From Octopus sinensis (Eukaryota): a stretch of DNA of 64,000 bases. Made by a program: the position numbers and the translations under genes. The notes below the pieces were generated by a model, which did not search any database, was not told the origin of the DNA, and was given only the letters and a program-made list of their open reading frames with translations. Of this stretch, positions 13,157 through 26,774 are shown in pieces. The DNA lies in NCBI RefSeq assembly GCF_006345805.1, contig NC_043011.1, forward strand, positions 47,566,464-47,630,463. The letters are read 5' to 3'. Each line of letters opens with the position of its first letter. Position 1 is the first letter of the stretch.

Positions 13157-15189
13157 TCACTTTTTTTTATCTTTGTACTGGAATTAATTATGCAAATTAA
13201 AAGAATGAGCAAAAGCTAATTATAATAATTATAATAATAATAATAATATAGTAATTATTATTATTGTTATAATACAAATAATATTAATGGTTGCAATGAG
13301 GAAAAGAGTTGGAGGAATAGGGGTGTTGATGAAAGTAAAGGTATGAGGAGATAAAGTTATGTGAGAGGTAGCAGTTGAAGTTGGAGTGAAATGTATTGGG
13401 ACCCAAAGATGAAGACGTGTATGAACAGCAATAACTTCTAGGATAGTAAGAAAAAATTAAAAGAACAAAAGAAATAAAAAAATACAGAAAGAAATTTCAA
13501 ACCATAATTGAATAATAATTGAATAATTAAATAATAATAATTGTAATAATAATGAATAAATTAATCTGGATAAGGAATAGTTGCGAAAACAAGAGTGGAG
13601 TGTTTTTTTTGTTTTAAAGAATAAAGAAAAAGTGAAGAATGAAACAAAACACAGAAAACAAATAACAAACAAAAGCAATAAATAACTTATCCAAATCTAT
13701 TTTCTAAAGTGAAAATTGAATAAGGTGAAATTTTTATCTAAGTTCAGTGAAATATGTTGTCTTTATATCTATGAATTTCTGAATATATTTGAATATTTTA
13801 TGTAATGGTATGTGCCGTTGTATGTGTGTGAGAGTTTTTATTCATCTCTTTCCTCTCCTTCTTTCTCTTCTGGCTGTAACTCATTCATTTGTTTGTTTGT
13901 TTGTTTTTCCTTTTTGCTGTTGTTTTCTCACCTTCCCCAGGTTATTGTTTCGTGATGATGATGATGGTGGTGGTGGTGGTGGTGGTGGTTGCAGCAGCAG
14001 TGGTGGTGTTGACAATTTTAGATCTTCCTGGTGCTGTATGTGTGAAACACCTTACCTCTTTTAAAGATCAATGCAGCATGCTGATTGAGGGAAGGGGGTG
14101 GAATAATTGGGTCACATGACCACAAGGAGGGGGAAAAAAAAAGCACTAATTAGAAAATTCAAAACAAAATCTTATGTTACTAGTGTTGAGCGAATGCAAG
14201 CTGAAGTTAATATAAAAAGTTAGGAAAAACAAGTGTAGTCTTATAAATAAACGTGTATTTCTACTTTCACTTTCCCTTTATATGTATATAGGTAAATAAA
14301 TATTTATATACATTTATCTAATAAGAACTATACTGGGTGAATACACCTTGGTGTGAATCTAATGACAAGTTAGGCAAAATGAAGAGTTATAAGGAAATAA
14401 AATGGATAAAAATTTGACAGACAGATAGATAGATAGATAGATAGGCAGACAAGGAGAGAAGAATGGATAGAGAGAGAAGGAGAGAGATGGATATTTGGAT
14501 GGATTGACAGAAACAGTAGTTTGAGAGAATATGAGCAAAATAGAGTGAGAGAGAGAGAAAGATGCGGAAAAGTAGTAACTTGGATGAGAATAAAAGATGA
14601 CAAAAGGATGAGGAGAAAAAATGAGAGGATGAAGCAGGTAATAGTGTAATGCTAGTAAAAACTTGAGAAAGATTGAGAGGAAGCGAGAGAAGGTTGAAAA
14701 GAAGCGAGAAGAAGAATAGGAGAAAGTGTGAAAAACCTAAGAAGAGAGAAAAGAGAAACAAATTAAAACTTAAAAGAAAAGAAAACTATAAATGATTTAC
14801 TAAATAAAAATTACAAATCAAAAATAAACAAACTGAACTGAAATTTGTCAAAGTAAAAATTAACGAAAAGAAAAGAGCCACAAACAAACAAACACCTGAA
14901 GGAACAAAGAACAAATGATAAGAAAATAAGAAAAACAATTTTAAAAATGACAAAACAAGAGATATAATTACTAATTTATAACACAAGAATTTTTTAGATA
15001 CATTTCCGATTGTCTCATGTATATATATACAAAATGCAATATCTTAAAAAATTGTAGCTTGATGACGATACATATATACAAAATATATCTGTATAGTTAT
15101 ATAAAGTTGTTTTTGATTACATATCTATATATATATATAAATACATATATGTATGTGCACCTGTTTGTGCGTATATGTGCACATGTATA

Positions 15190-15237
<48 letters not shown>

Positions 15238-15579
15238 ATCTATATATGTATATTATATAAATAAACGTATGTTTATGTATATAGAAGGTTGTTTTGTGCT
15301 AGCCTTTTTTTTATCCCCTTTTTTTCTGTTTTAAATGTTATTGTTTGTACGGTGTGTATACGTGGGCATATGTATCTGTGCATGTGTTCATATCGGTGAC
15401 AAAAGATGCAGCTAAGGTGACAGGAATGTGATGATTGCAAATGTGATAAATTTAACTATGGTTAGAGTCATTTTGCAGCTTCACTCTATGACATAGAATG
15501 GCTATAATACAGCGCCACAGTACCAGTGCACTCTCCTCACTCTCTTTCTTTCCCCTCTCTCTCTCTCTCTTCCTTTCTT

Positions 15580-15627
<48 letters not shown>

Positions 15628-15699
15628 TTGCTTGGTGCTGTAACTAGCGCAGGCAGCCAGCATGCACAGTCTCGCTTATTGAACTGTGAAGTTGCACTC

Positions 15700-16060
15700 T
15701 GCCGCTGTTGACGACGCTACGCTGCTGCCGCTGCTGCTGCTGCTGCTGCTGCTATTGCAGCTGTTGATGACACTATTGCTGTCAATGATAACGATGACAA
15801 TGATGACGGTGATGGTGATGGTGATGATGATGATGATGATGACGATGGCGGTGGTGGTGGTGACGATGCGACTGCTGTCACTGTCATCATCGCTACCGCT
15901 GCAGCCAATCTCACCACTTCAGCCATCGATGCTGCAAAGGACTGCTGATGCTGATGCTGATGCTGATGCTGATGCTGATGCTGGTGATGATGATGATGAT
16001 GATGCTGATGATACTACTGATGCTGATGCTGCTGTCATTGTTGCTGTTACTACTGGTGAG
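15700..16060. repeat. GC-rich cryptic trinucleotide island (CTG/ATG/GTG/GAT periodic)
   Basis: Runs of gct, gat, ggt and gctgat with strict 3-nt periodicity, flanked by (CT)n tracts. Confidence 0.85.
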
Positions 16061-16795
16061 ATGCTACAAACTAGTCAGTGCAAATAGTAAAAACGAAGGT
16101 GACAGCCGGGTAGTTAACGACGCCTGGGTTTAATCACAGGAGCAAGCAGCTGGTCTCAACTTGTCCTCTTCTTCCTCACCCAGCCCCTCATCCCCTCATC
16201 CCCACACTCTCTCCTCTCCCTCTCACTCACACACACACACACATACATACACACACACACATACATACACTTCATCTCTTTTTTTGCACACACTCCATCC
16301 TTTCCTATAAACGATTCCCCTACACTGCTTCTATCTTTCCCTCACACACACCTTCTCCGTCTTTCACCTTTTTACTTGAGCTACCTGTAAGTTTGTCAAG
16401 AATTTCATAGCCACTCCCTCCAATACTCTATAAATACATTTTAACATTTTTAACTGTCCATTCAACCATCCATCTATCTGTTCAGTTATTTATCTATAAA
16501 TTACAATATATCTACCACCCACTTACCCTAATCTCTCTCTCTCTCTCTCTCTCTCGCTAAGTATATATACATAAATACATATATAAATACATGTGTGTAT
16601 ATGTATGAGTGTAGTGACTAATTATTTATCTCCACCTCCCTATATATATATCTTATAGTCTATCTATTTAGCTATCAAGCTCATTAACTTCACTAAACAA
16701 CTTCTAACATTTTATATTGCATCTTAGCACACACATTCTCTCTTTTTACACACCCACATACACAAGAACTTACCTGTTCTCCTTATTCTCTCTCC

Positions 16796-16859
<64 letters not shown>

Positions 16860-16959
16860 CACTGTCGTTTTCATATCAAATATTCACAAAAATTCAGTAT
16901 TTCAGAGACTTACGCACACACACATACTTTCCCTCTCTCCTTACACAAATACGCACAAT

Positions 16960-17275
16960 CTCTCTCTCCCTCTCTTTTTCTCTCTTCCTATACTCTCCTC
17001 CTCTCTTCTCTTCCTTTCTCTCTCCTATACTCTCCTCCTCTCTTCTCTCCTCTCTCCCTTTCTCTCTTCCTATACTCTCCTCCTCTCTTCTCTCCCTTTC
17101 TCTCTTCCTATACTCTCCTCCTCTCTTCTCTTCTCTCCTCTCTCTTTCTCTCTTCCTATACTCTCCTCCTCTCTCCTCTCTCTTTCTCTCTTCCTATACT
17201 CTCCTCCTCTCTCTCTCTTTCTCTCTTCCTATACTCTCCTCCTCTCTTCTCTCCTCTCTCTCTCTTTCTCTCTCA
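16960..17275. repeat. Polypyrimidine tandem repeat (unit about ttctctcttcctatactctcctcctctc)
   Basis: The motif cctatactctcctcctc recurs about 7 times in an almost pure C/T tract. Confidence 0.9.
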
Positions 17276-17595
17276 AATTCACACACATTCTTCCTCACAT
17301 ATCTATTTCTTTTTATCACACTTCGACGACGAAAAGGCCTCCTTTTCTATTTCCCCACACAAACTCTCCACCTCTGTCCATCCCTCACACTCACACACAT
17401 ATAATCATACACACACACACACACGCACACTATTTTTCCCTCTCTCTCTCTCTCTCTCCTCATACATATGTACACATTGAATAACACTCGTTATTCAATC
17501 CTCACATCCTCCTCCTCCTCCTCACCTCTTAACCTCTCGTACACAGTCTGAGCAATACACCTCTTTCATTCCTTTAGTCACTCTCCACCTACAGA

Positions 17596-17641
<46 letters not shown>

Positions 17642-17939
17642 ACACTTACACACACTCAAACACATCCTTTCGCCATGTAATACCTCGCTGCTGTTGCTTG
17701 CAGAACAACTGTTAGCCACCTGTTGCACTCCTGAGCAGTCTGGAAGCACTGTTATTTGCTTGGCGCTTAGCGCCTGTCATCAGGTATTGCTGTCCACATA
17801 CTGGGTGTGGCATCATCTCTTTGATGACACACACACTCTCTCTCTCACTCACTCTCTCTCTCCACACACACACACATAAATATATATGAGTTTGGATTTA
17901 GAAATGTGAGAAAAATAATATGTGTATACACACACACAC

Positions 17940-17992
<53 letters not shown>

Positions 17993-18013
17993 TAGATAGA
18001 TAGATACACATAC

Positions 18014-18054
<41 letters not shown>

Positions 18055-18348
18055 TATAGATAGATAGAGGGAGAGAGGGAGGGAGAGAGAGAGAGAGAGA
18101 GATAGCCAGATAAATACACATACATTCATACATATATATAATATATACACACACACACACATATAGATAGCTAGAGAGAGAGAGATAGCTAGATAGATAC
18201 ACATACATTCATACATATATATAATATATATATATATATAAATATATATATATTGAGAGAGAGAGAAAGAGATACACGCACATTCATACATACATATATA
18301 TTATATATATATAGCGAGAGATGAATAGATAGATACACACGCACATTC

Positions 18349-18387
<39 letters not shown>

Positions 18388-18460
18388 AATTTATTCATTC
18401 ATAGAACAGATATTTCCCTACATTGCTACTCTGAGTTTTACATTTTAGTTTTATTTCTCT

Positions 18461-18496
<36 letters not shown>

Positions 18497-18559
18497 CTGA
18501 ACAATTAAACATATATTGATTACAAGATAATTATTACAAGATAAATTATAATAATAATA

Positions 18560-18789
18560 ATCATTAGTTTCAGAATTTTAGCACAAGGCCAGCAATTTCA
18601 AAGGTGGAGGTAAGTTGAATACTCCAACCCCAGTGCTTAACTGATGTCCTTATTTTACCAACCCTTGAAAGGATAAAAGGCAAAGTCGTCCTCATCAGGA
18701 TTTGAACCCAGAACATAAAGTCAGAGGAAATGCCACAAAGCATTTCATCCAGTGTGGTAACGATTCCACCACCTCACCTCCCTTCACTT

Positions 18790-18790
<1 letters not shown>
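18560..18790 (-). mobile_element. SINE family B copy
   Basis: Reverse complement of the family B body and tail (gcacaaggccagcaattt...ggataaaaggcaaagtcg...tttgaacccagaac). Confidence 0.8.
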
Positions 18791-18842
<52 letters not shown>

Positions 18843-19869
18843 TAATAATAATAATAATTATTATTATTATTATTAAACATTTACATAATCTTTCACTGTT
18901 TTATAAACACATGCTTAAACACACACACACACACTATATTTATCCTTTAAATGGTTTGCCATGAGAATATAAACAGGAGTAAAGCAATCAACACATATAG
19001 TAGAATTTCTTCCTTTATTTCAATCTAATGAATCATTCTGGCTTTACTCAGAGTTTCCTCACATCCCTCCTTTCATTCTGGTGACAATAGAGCATGTGCA
19101 TACGTGCGTGTGTTACCTGGTTACTTTAAAACTACTGTCTATCTTTAATCCTGCTTTACTTGTAATGTTTGAATTCGCAATTTCTCTGTACTACTAATTC
19201 ATACTCACATATATATATATATAAATATATACACACTCCGCAACCTGTGTTTGTACACACTCACTCTATGCATCGTTAAAATTCACGATTAAATTTTATT
19301 TTCATCACATTGCTAATCGGTTTTTCTGTAATTCCTTAGTATTTTAAGGAGATAATCGGTTAAAATAATTTTTTGTTTCTAATATTGTAGTTATAATTTT
19401 GTAATTTATTTCAATATTATATAAAGGAACCTATTAACAATTCAACCTGCTAGAAATAGCAGTTAAATCTTCATCAAATCACACCTTTAACTCTATGAAA
19501 GGAGAACAGGTTATAGATATAGTAGTTTGGGAGAAAAGAAAGTATCAACTCTCAGGGTAGAAGAATATGAAAAATGACATTGGGTGTGTAATCTTAAAAA
19601 AAAATGGGGTGCTTTGATTGCAGGTCTCCTTATTTACAGTCAGCTTGGGGTGAAACCACAACAAACAAGAATTTACAAAGAATTTTTTTCAAAATTAATT
19701 CATAAAAATCAGTTCACATATTTGTTGCTTAAATAAAGGATTAATGAGCAGGTACCACTATCATCATCACTGTCAACATCATGCATCATAAATGTGTGTG
19801 TGTGTGTGCATGCACATATTTGTGTGTGTGTTTACCTGATAATCTCAACCCCAACCAGAGCTTCATCAC

Positions 19870-20810
19870 TTCTGAAAGAGGAACCCCTCTTTGAACTCCT
19901 TCTTCCATTGTCTGTCTCTTGCCAGTCGTGATCATGCAGGACCCATATAGTGGGTAACATCATTTATCCATCTTGTCTTTAGTCAGCCTCTTTATCTTCT
20001 CTGTTGTCGTGGCAACCATTCCATCCCCTTGATTGTCCACCTGTCGTCCTTTAGTTGAGCAATATCTCCTTTACTCTTTTACTTGTTTCATTCATTTGAT
20101 TGCGGCCATGCTGGAGCACCGTCTTTAGTCGAGCAAATCGACCCCAGGACTCATTCTATGTAAGCCTAGTACTTATTCTATCAGTCTCTTTTGCTGAACC
20201 GCTAAGTTACGGGGACGTAAACACACCAATGTCGGTTGTCAAGTGATGTTGGGGGGGGGGGGCAAACACAGACACACAAACGTATATACACACACATACA
20301 TATATATATATACATATATACGACGGGCTTCTTTCAGTTTCTGTCTACCACCCACAAGGCTTTGGTCAGCCCGAGGCTATAGTAGAAGACACTTGCCCAA
20401 GGTGCCACACAGTGGGACTGAACTTGGAACCATGAGGTTGGTAAGCAAGCTACTTACCACACAGCCATGGTCAGCTCATCTATATTTGTTCTCTTTGATG
20501 GTCCATATGGCACCACTCGAATGTGTGTGCTGTTGTATCCAGGCATTGGTTTTCTCATCCTGCAATGTGATGCCAAGCATCACTTGTTCCATTTACCATT
20601 GGGCTACAATGTGACCGTTCATGATGGTGGTTTGAGAGCCCATGCTTCACTGCCACAAATCATCACAAGCAGGATCTTTCCTTTAATTTTCATGGAAGCC
20701 CCAGGACTTCTCATGAGGTTTTTCCACCTTCCCAAAGGTTGCCAAATCAAGCCCAACCTGATGCGATGGCCGCAAAAGATCTCCAGAATGGTATAAGGTG
20801 ATATCTTGAT
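19870..20810 (-). mobile_element. Decayed RTE-clade LINE C-terminal fragment split by a SINE
   Basis: 20470-20810 encodes RIRLGLIWQPLGRWKNL...ICGSEAWAL (YGSETW motif). 19870-20070 encodes IAQLKDDRWTIKGMEWLPR...TRWINDV...ARDRQWK, the RTE RT 3' end, with stops. Confidence 0.8.
20071..20467 (-). mobile_element. CORE-like SINE (family C) nested in the RTE fragment
   Basis: Full family C sequence on the minus strand between the two RTE halves. Confidence 0.9.
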
Positions 20811-20949
20811 CAAAACTGGTAATACATTACATGAAATAGGAATCAATGATTATGCAATTTAAGAAACTGACATAAGCGACTGTTGGTTGGATAGATAGAT
20901 AGATAGACACACAGACAGATATGTGTGTGTGGTGATAATATATTCTCAA

Positions 20950-21050
20950 ATTACCTTGTTTCAGATATGCCCTAGCAATGATATTCCTAGCATGGATTTT
21001 TCCATCTCTCTCTGACTCATAGCTTATTACTATTCTTCCTTTTTCTGTAA
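20950..21050 (-). mobile_element. RTE LINE fragment
   Basis: Encodes AMSQREMEKSMLGISLLGHI, similar to the RTE motif TQRAMERSMLGISLRDRI. Confidence 0.6.
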
Positions 21051-21099
21051 ATGCCCAAAGTAGTTTGTCTGACTTGTGTGCAAGAGCAAAGGAGGGCAA

Positions 21100-21290
21100 G
21101 AAAAAAGACTGGAGGAGACCATTTCTCAAGTGTTACCAAAAGATTGGAGGAGAACATATGTCAGGAGTTTTCCAAAAGATTGGAGGAGACCATATGGAAG
21201 ACCTCCAAGATGAAAAGAAGACGACAGTCAAAAATTTGAGCCTAAATGGAAGAGAATGACGCAATCAAGGGAAGAATGGAAGCATATTGT
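21100..21290 (+). mobile_element. RTE LINE 3' coding end fragment
   Basis: KDWRRPYGRPPR*KEDDSQKFEPKWKRMTQSREEWK matches the RTE RGRP..RW.DD...W...AQDR..W pattern; gattggaggagac is duplicated. Confidence 0.6.
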
Positions 21291-21740
21291 AACTAACAAT
21301 GTATAAGATTGGATAGTCTTGTCAATAGTTCAATAAGGCCATACATATGTATGTACATACACACATACATACCTATAGATAGACAGATAGATAGATATAC
21401 AGAGAGCAAGAGAGAGAGAAAGAAGAAGAAAGATTATTACTTGGCTTATAGAAAAGCCATCTTGATCCTAGATTTTCTGTCATCTCTCTCTTTCTATTAT
21501 TCACCTTCTCGTCCCATTTCTTCAGAGAAAAAAACACATTATAGAGCAGTAAGAATTTTCAGCATTACAGAACATCAGGCAACTTCATTAGCGTTGGTAC
21601 CATGGTAAAAACAAACCCAGTACACTTTGCTTGGTTGGTAATATGAGGGGCAGCCAATCATGGCTAAACAAGTTATAAGGGAAGTTGATTCCAAAAAGAA
21701 CTAAATCAGGCTGTGCTTATCAACACAACCTATACCAATA

Positions 21741-21975
21741 CATATTTCTTTATTGCCCACAAGGGGCTAAACATAGAGGGGACAAACAAGGACATACAAA
21801 GGGGTTAAGTGGATTGCATCGACCCCAGTGCGAAACTGGTACTTTATTTATCGACCCCGAGTGGATGAAAGGCAAAGTCGACCTCGGCAGAATTTGAACT
21901 CAGAACGTAACAACAGATGAAATACCGCTAAGCATTTCGCCCAGTGCACTAACGTTTCTGCCAGCTCGCCGCCTA
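21741..21975 (-). mobile_element. SINE family A, full length
   Basis: Complete copy; TSD tataccaata at 21731-21740 and 21974-21983. Confidence 0.92.
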
Positions 21976-22142
21976 TACCAATATAGAAAGCAGGTGTAAA
22001 ATGATGATGATAATGGAGATAATATTGATGTTGATGACAAATGTTAATTTCTAGGATGCAGGAATTTGCAGGGATTATAAGAATTACAAGGGAACTTGTT
22101 TTATGGATGGGGGTTCAGGACTAAAATTTACGTTAGATATAT

Positions 22143-22370
22143 ATTTCTTTACTGCCCACAAGGGGCTAAACATAGAGGGGACAAACAAGGACAGACAAAC
22201 GGATGAAGTCGATTACATCGACCCCAGTGCGAAACTTTATTTATCGACCTCAAAAGGATGAAAGGCAAAGTCAACCACTGCAGAATTTGAACTCAGAACG
22301 TAACGGCAGATGAAATGCGGCTACGCATTTCGCCCGGCGTGCTAACGTTTCTGCCAGCTCGCCGCCTTGC
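22143..22370 (-). mobile_element. SINE family A, full length
   Basis: Complete copy; TSD ttagatatat at 22133-22142 and 22372-22381. Confidence 0.92.
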
Positions 22371-22499
22371 ATTAGATATATGATGAATTAACTGACTGAC
22401 CATCAGGTTTCACTGAATATTTTATTCAACTCCTCAACCTGGTTGAGTAAAGCTGATCAGTCAATCTTGAAGCCCAAATCAAAACTAATATCAACTATG

Positions 22500-22925
22500 A
22501 GGAAGAAGTTTGCTTCCCAGTCACTAAAGGCAGTGCTCCAGCATGGCCACAGTCAAAATGACTGAAACAAGTAAAAGAGTAAAACAGATAAATCGGGGTC
22601 CAGATTCACTGCATGACACCTGGGGCAAATGTCTTCTACTATACCCTCGGGCTGACCAAAGCCTTATAAATGGATTTGGTAGAAGAAAACAAAGAAACCT
22701 GCCTTTGTGTGTGTATGTGTGAGTGTGTGTGTCCTTTTGTACTCCTGCTTGACAACCACTGTTGGTGTGTTTGCATCTCCGTATCTTACTGTTTGAGAAA
22801 ATGAAACCAGCAAAGTAAGTACTAGGCTTAAAAGAATAAGTCCTGGGTTCGATTTGTTTGACTAAAATTGAAGGTAATGTTTCAGCATGGAAGCAGTCTA
22901 ATGAAAGAAGTAAAAGATAAAGGAT
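22500..22925 (+). mobile_element. Decayed family C SINE whose head is interrupted by a 3' tail of another family C copy
   Basis: agaagtttgcttcccagtcac head, then the tail taaaggcagtgctccagc...aagtaaaagag (22526-22590), then the body resumes at ggggtccag. Confidence 0.65.
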
Positions 22926-23044
22926 ATAGAAATGTATCTCTCTCACTCACTCTGTCTCTCATACACTCACACACACTGTGTGTATATGAGAGACACAGAG
23001 ATACTATGTGTATGTGTGTGTGTGTATATATATATATATAGGCT

Positions 23045-23400
23045 TAAAAAAAGCCCTTACTGTTGGTTTCCTTGTCCTGTTATTCTTTATTTGTCCTGTT
23101 TTTTCTTCATTTGTATTGCTTTTACGTCCTGTTCTTGTCACTTGTTTTACCCCTCTGTAAAAGAATTTTATTTAATTAATTTTGCAGAAAGGACTGCTTC
23201 GGCCGGATCGTGTTCTGCCCTTACCTTCGAAACACGCATTGAGTCGAAACAGGGACAGCTGATGAAGGGGAATATTCCTTGTATTGTTTGTCTTGTACTC
23301 TTGTTTTTTCGTTGATAAAAAAAGTCCGTTTTCTTGTTTGATTTTATGTTTTCGTTTCTCGTTGTGTTCTACGTTTATTTGTGGTGTCCTGTACTCATAT
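23045..23400 (+). mobile_element. Possible Penelope-like terminal-repeat fragment
   Basis: T-rich segment carrying gtcgaaac and ctgatgaagg motifs reminiscent of PLE ends; no coding remnant seen. Confidence 0.3.
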
Positions 23401-23710
23401 ATGCAAGGATATATACATATAGATGTAGGTATGTACATATATGTATGTATGCATATGTTTTATTTATTAAATTGTTATTATATATATAGATATATGTGAT
23501 AATAATAACAATAATCCTTGGATGGAATGTATAAACATCTAATGCTTTGCTACATGCATTTCCACAAGCACATGTCTCTTAAGTTCAACCCCAAAAAACT
23601 GGTTCACCAGTCAGCATCATTAGACTGTGGCCAGAATAATGGAATAAGAGCTTTATTTGCATATTCAAAACGTTTCCTGTAAATACATTTTAAAGACATA
23701 TATATATGTG

Positions 23711-23795
<85 letters not shown>

Positions 23796-24340
23796 ACATA
23801 TATGTACATACACATATATACATACACACATACATTTATATACATACACACACATACATATATATATGTATACACACACATGCTGCGTCCATTTTGTCAT
23901 TTCAACTTTATTCTATAGATGCAATAATTGTTTCACCCCAAGGCATTCCTAATAGGGCAGAGCTTTCATCAAAATAATTTCTAGCCAAACATTTTGCATA
24001 GGACTATAGAGGGTAAACCTTCATTGATAATATATGCAAATATATGCAAGTATGTCTTTGCTTGCATGAGGTTTGCAGTAGATAGTAAACTACACTAACA
24101 TCCCTCCTCCCCCATATCTTACAACAGCAACAATTAACCTAGGGAGGCATCATTTCCAAAGACCGCACACTTGATGTATGCTATTAATCTAACTCAAACA
24201 AGCCGAATATCCTATGAGAGACTTAGTGGCTTATTCTAAATAACTATCTCATACTTCTGGCATTCTGTGCTTGTGTTCCCAATTTTTTTTTTAATAAAAG
24301 ATAAAAAATGTGGACCACGTATCATCATCATCAGGATCCC

Positions 24341-24568
24341 TTACCCTTTTGTTACCATATTTCTGTTGAGATGCTCTCAGTTTCTTTCAATTAAATTAAA
24401 TATAACAAAGAATTTAGTAAAATAACTTAGTTATCATTAAGCTGGTGTTAGGAACATAAATTGTGACTAAGGTTTGGTGGAAGGTTTTAATACAAAATTT
24501 GTGAAAACAAGACATTTGTACTACAAAACCAGAAGCAGTCTCAGGCGGATTGGTAACAAAAGGGTTAA
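24341..24568. mobile_element. piggyBac-type MITE
   Basis: TIRs tta(a)cccttttgttacc and ggtaacaaaagggttaa; interior matches 42691-42916. Confidence 0.85.
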
Positions 24569-24574
24569 ATGGTA

Positions 24575-25000
24575 CAGCCAGTTGCTGAAGTGCCACTCTT
24601 GATGCTTTCATAGCAACCTTTAGCTACTGGTATCTGCTCTCTGTCATGCATAGCAGGTTCTCTCTATTGTGGCCTATCTGGTCCTTAATGTTGTCGAACC
24701 AGGATTTTCTCTGTTGCTCTCAATTGTGCCCTGAAGAATGGACTTTGACTGGGAGTTGTCGTAGGACCCATGACCGTACCAAGCAAGCTTTCATCATTTT
24801 ACCTGTGCAATGAGTGGTTCCGGTCTCTTAGCCAATTTGTTGACCTGCTGCCTGACCACATATAGCAGTCATCAAAACCCTGGAGGCCCCTGACAACCAG
24901 TAACCACAAAAGTTCTTTCGAGTATACGTCAAACTACGCCCTTTCCAAATCTCTTCCTTCCTTTCATAGGACGGACTTGACACTGTAAACAAAATAAAGT
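24575..25000 (-). mobile_element. Decayed RTE LINE 3' coding end
   Basis: PEPLIAQVK**KLAWYGHG...SKSILQGTIES...WFDNIKDQIG, the RTE WFGHV / ILQG.VEG / W.D.IK motifs, with frameshifts. Confidence 0.8.
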
Positions 25001-25899
25001 TGGCAAATTCTGAAGAATATTCTACTACTACCACCTTCAGCAGGTATATCATACTAACATGTGGTTCCCATGAACAGCTAAACAGACTGAGCTTTTACAG
25101 CCTATTCTTTTGACACAAAATATCTCAGCATGTGTTGGTGACAAGATGTAAAATGTCATAGTAACACCTCTGCCATACAAAGCTCTTTCTCTCTCTCTCT
25201 CACTCTCTCTCTTTTTCAATCCACCCACGCAAGCAAACTCACACTCACAGCCATATGCATTAATGATACACACATCTGTCAACACACAGACTAAACACAT
25301 ATACATATGTATCACATATACACACTTTGCTATACCTTAATGCATATGTGACAGGAAGCTCGTGTCTGGGCATGTGAATGTGTGAATGTACGTGTTTCTG
25401 CACACACGCCAGATGTATGTTAATACATACCCGTGTATGTCTGTGTGTCTGTGTGTATGAGTAAATCTTAAATCAGTTGTAGAAGTATTCATAGAAATGT
25501 TTTAAGATGTGCGGGTGTGCGTGCATGTGTGTGTGTGTGTGTGTGTATTTACATGTCTGTAAAATGTTTGTGATTGTGTACATGTGCAATTAAGAATTAT
25601 ACATTTACATACGTCCAACCCAAGCCAGCAAGAAAAACAGATGTTAAAAGATGATGATGATGCTATACAATATACTCAGGAAAGGATGAAAACTATATAT
25701 ACATTTATATATATATATATATATATACACGCACACATTCAAATATGCTTGCTAGTAGTTCTTCAATTTCCAGAGACAATGTGTGTGTATATGAATATAC
25801 TACATACACACAAACATCCTCCAATGTGTACTATCTATTTATTTGAATATTATGTCTATATCTCAAAAGGGATCATGTATCAACACATGTATATATAAA

Positions 25900-25974
25900 C
25901 AGACACATCAATATATATATATATATATAATATATATATATATATTTATATACATATATATGTTACATACATAT

Positions 25975-26026
<52 letters not shown>

Positions 26027-26207
26027 ACATACATATATATATATATATTTTATACATATATATGTATTCATACATATATATATATATTTATATACATATA
26101 TAGTATACATACATACATATATATATATATATATTTATATACATATATATGTATACATACATATATATATATGTATACATACATATATATATATATGTAT
26201 ACATACA

Positions 26208-26254
<47 letters not shown>

Positions 26255-26405
26255 CATGTATATATATACATACATATATATATATATTATATATATATAT
26301 ATATACATACATATATATATATATACATACATATATATTATATATATATATTTATATACATATATATATACACATATATATTTATACACACACACACACA
26401 CATAC
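25900..26405. repeat. (TA)n/(TACA)n compound microsatellite
   Basis: Directly visible; source of the YI-repeat ORFs. Confidence 0.95.
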
Positions 26406-26774
26406 ATACATAGTGATGTTGCTGTTATAAGGATGTCCTGAGCTAGACCAACCTATGATAGGACATGTTCTGAGCTATGATCGTCCTGACTTGCACTGCT
26501 GGGCAGAATATTTTGGGCTACAAAACTTGGTGTGTTTCTTTTTATAAAACGGCAGAATGCAGGCAGAGGGACAAGTGACTGCTATAAATAGGAACTTGAG
26601 TCACTGCATAGAGAATAGAGACTCCATGCGTTTATGTGAGAGAGACCTTCTATAAATTTATACCTGTGAGTGTGTGTGTGTGTGTGTGCGCGCGCGTGCT
26701 TCTGTAATTAAATATATCAAATGCACTCACTCACATACATACATACATACATACATACATACCAAACACACACA

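Noticed and set aside
16717-17484. 255-aa Ser/Leu-rich ORF
   Set aside because: Translation of (TATC)n and a C/T tract, which cannot contain stop codons.
23522-23535. tggaatgta match to the miR-1 5' end
   Set aside because: Only 9 nt match and there is no flanking hairpin.
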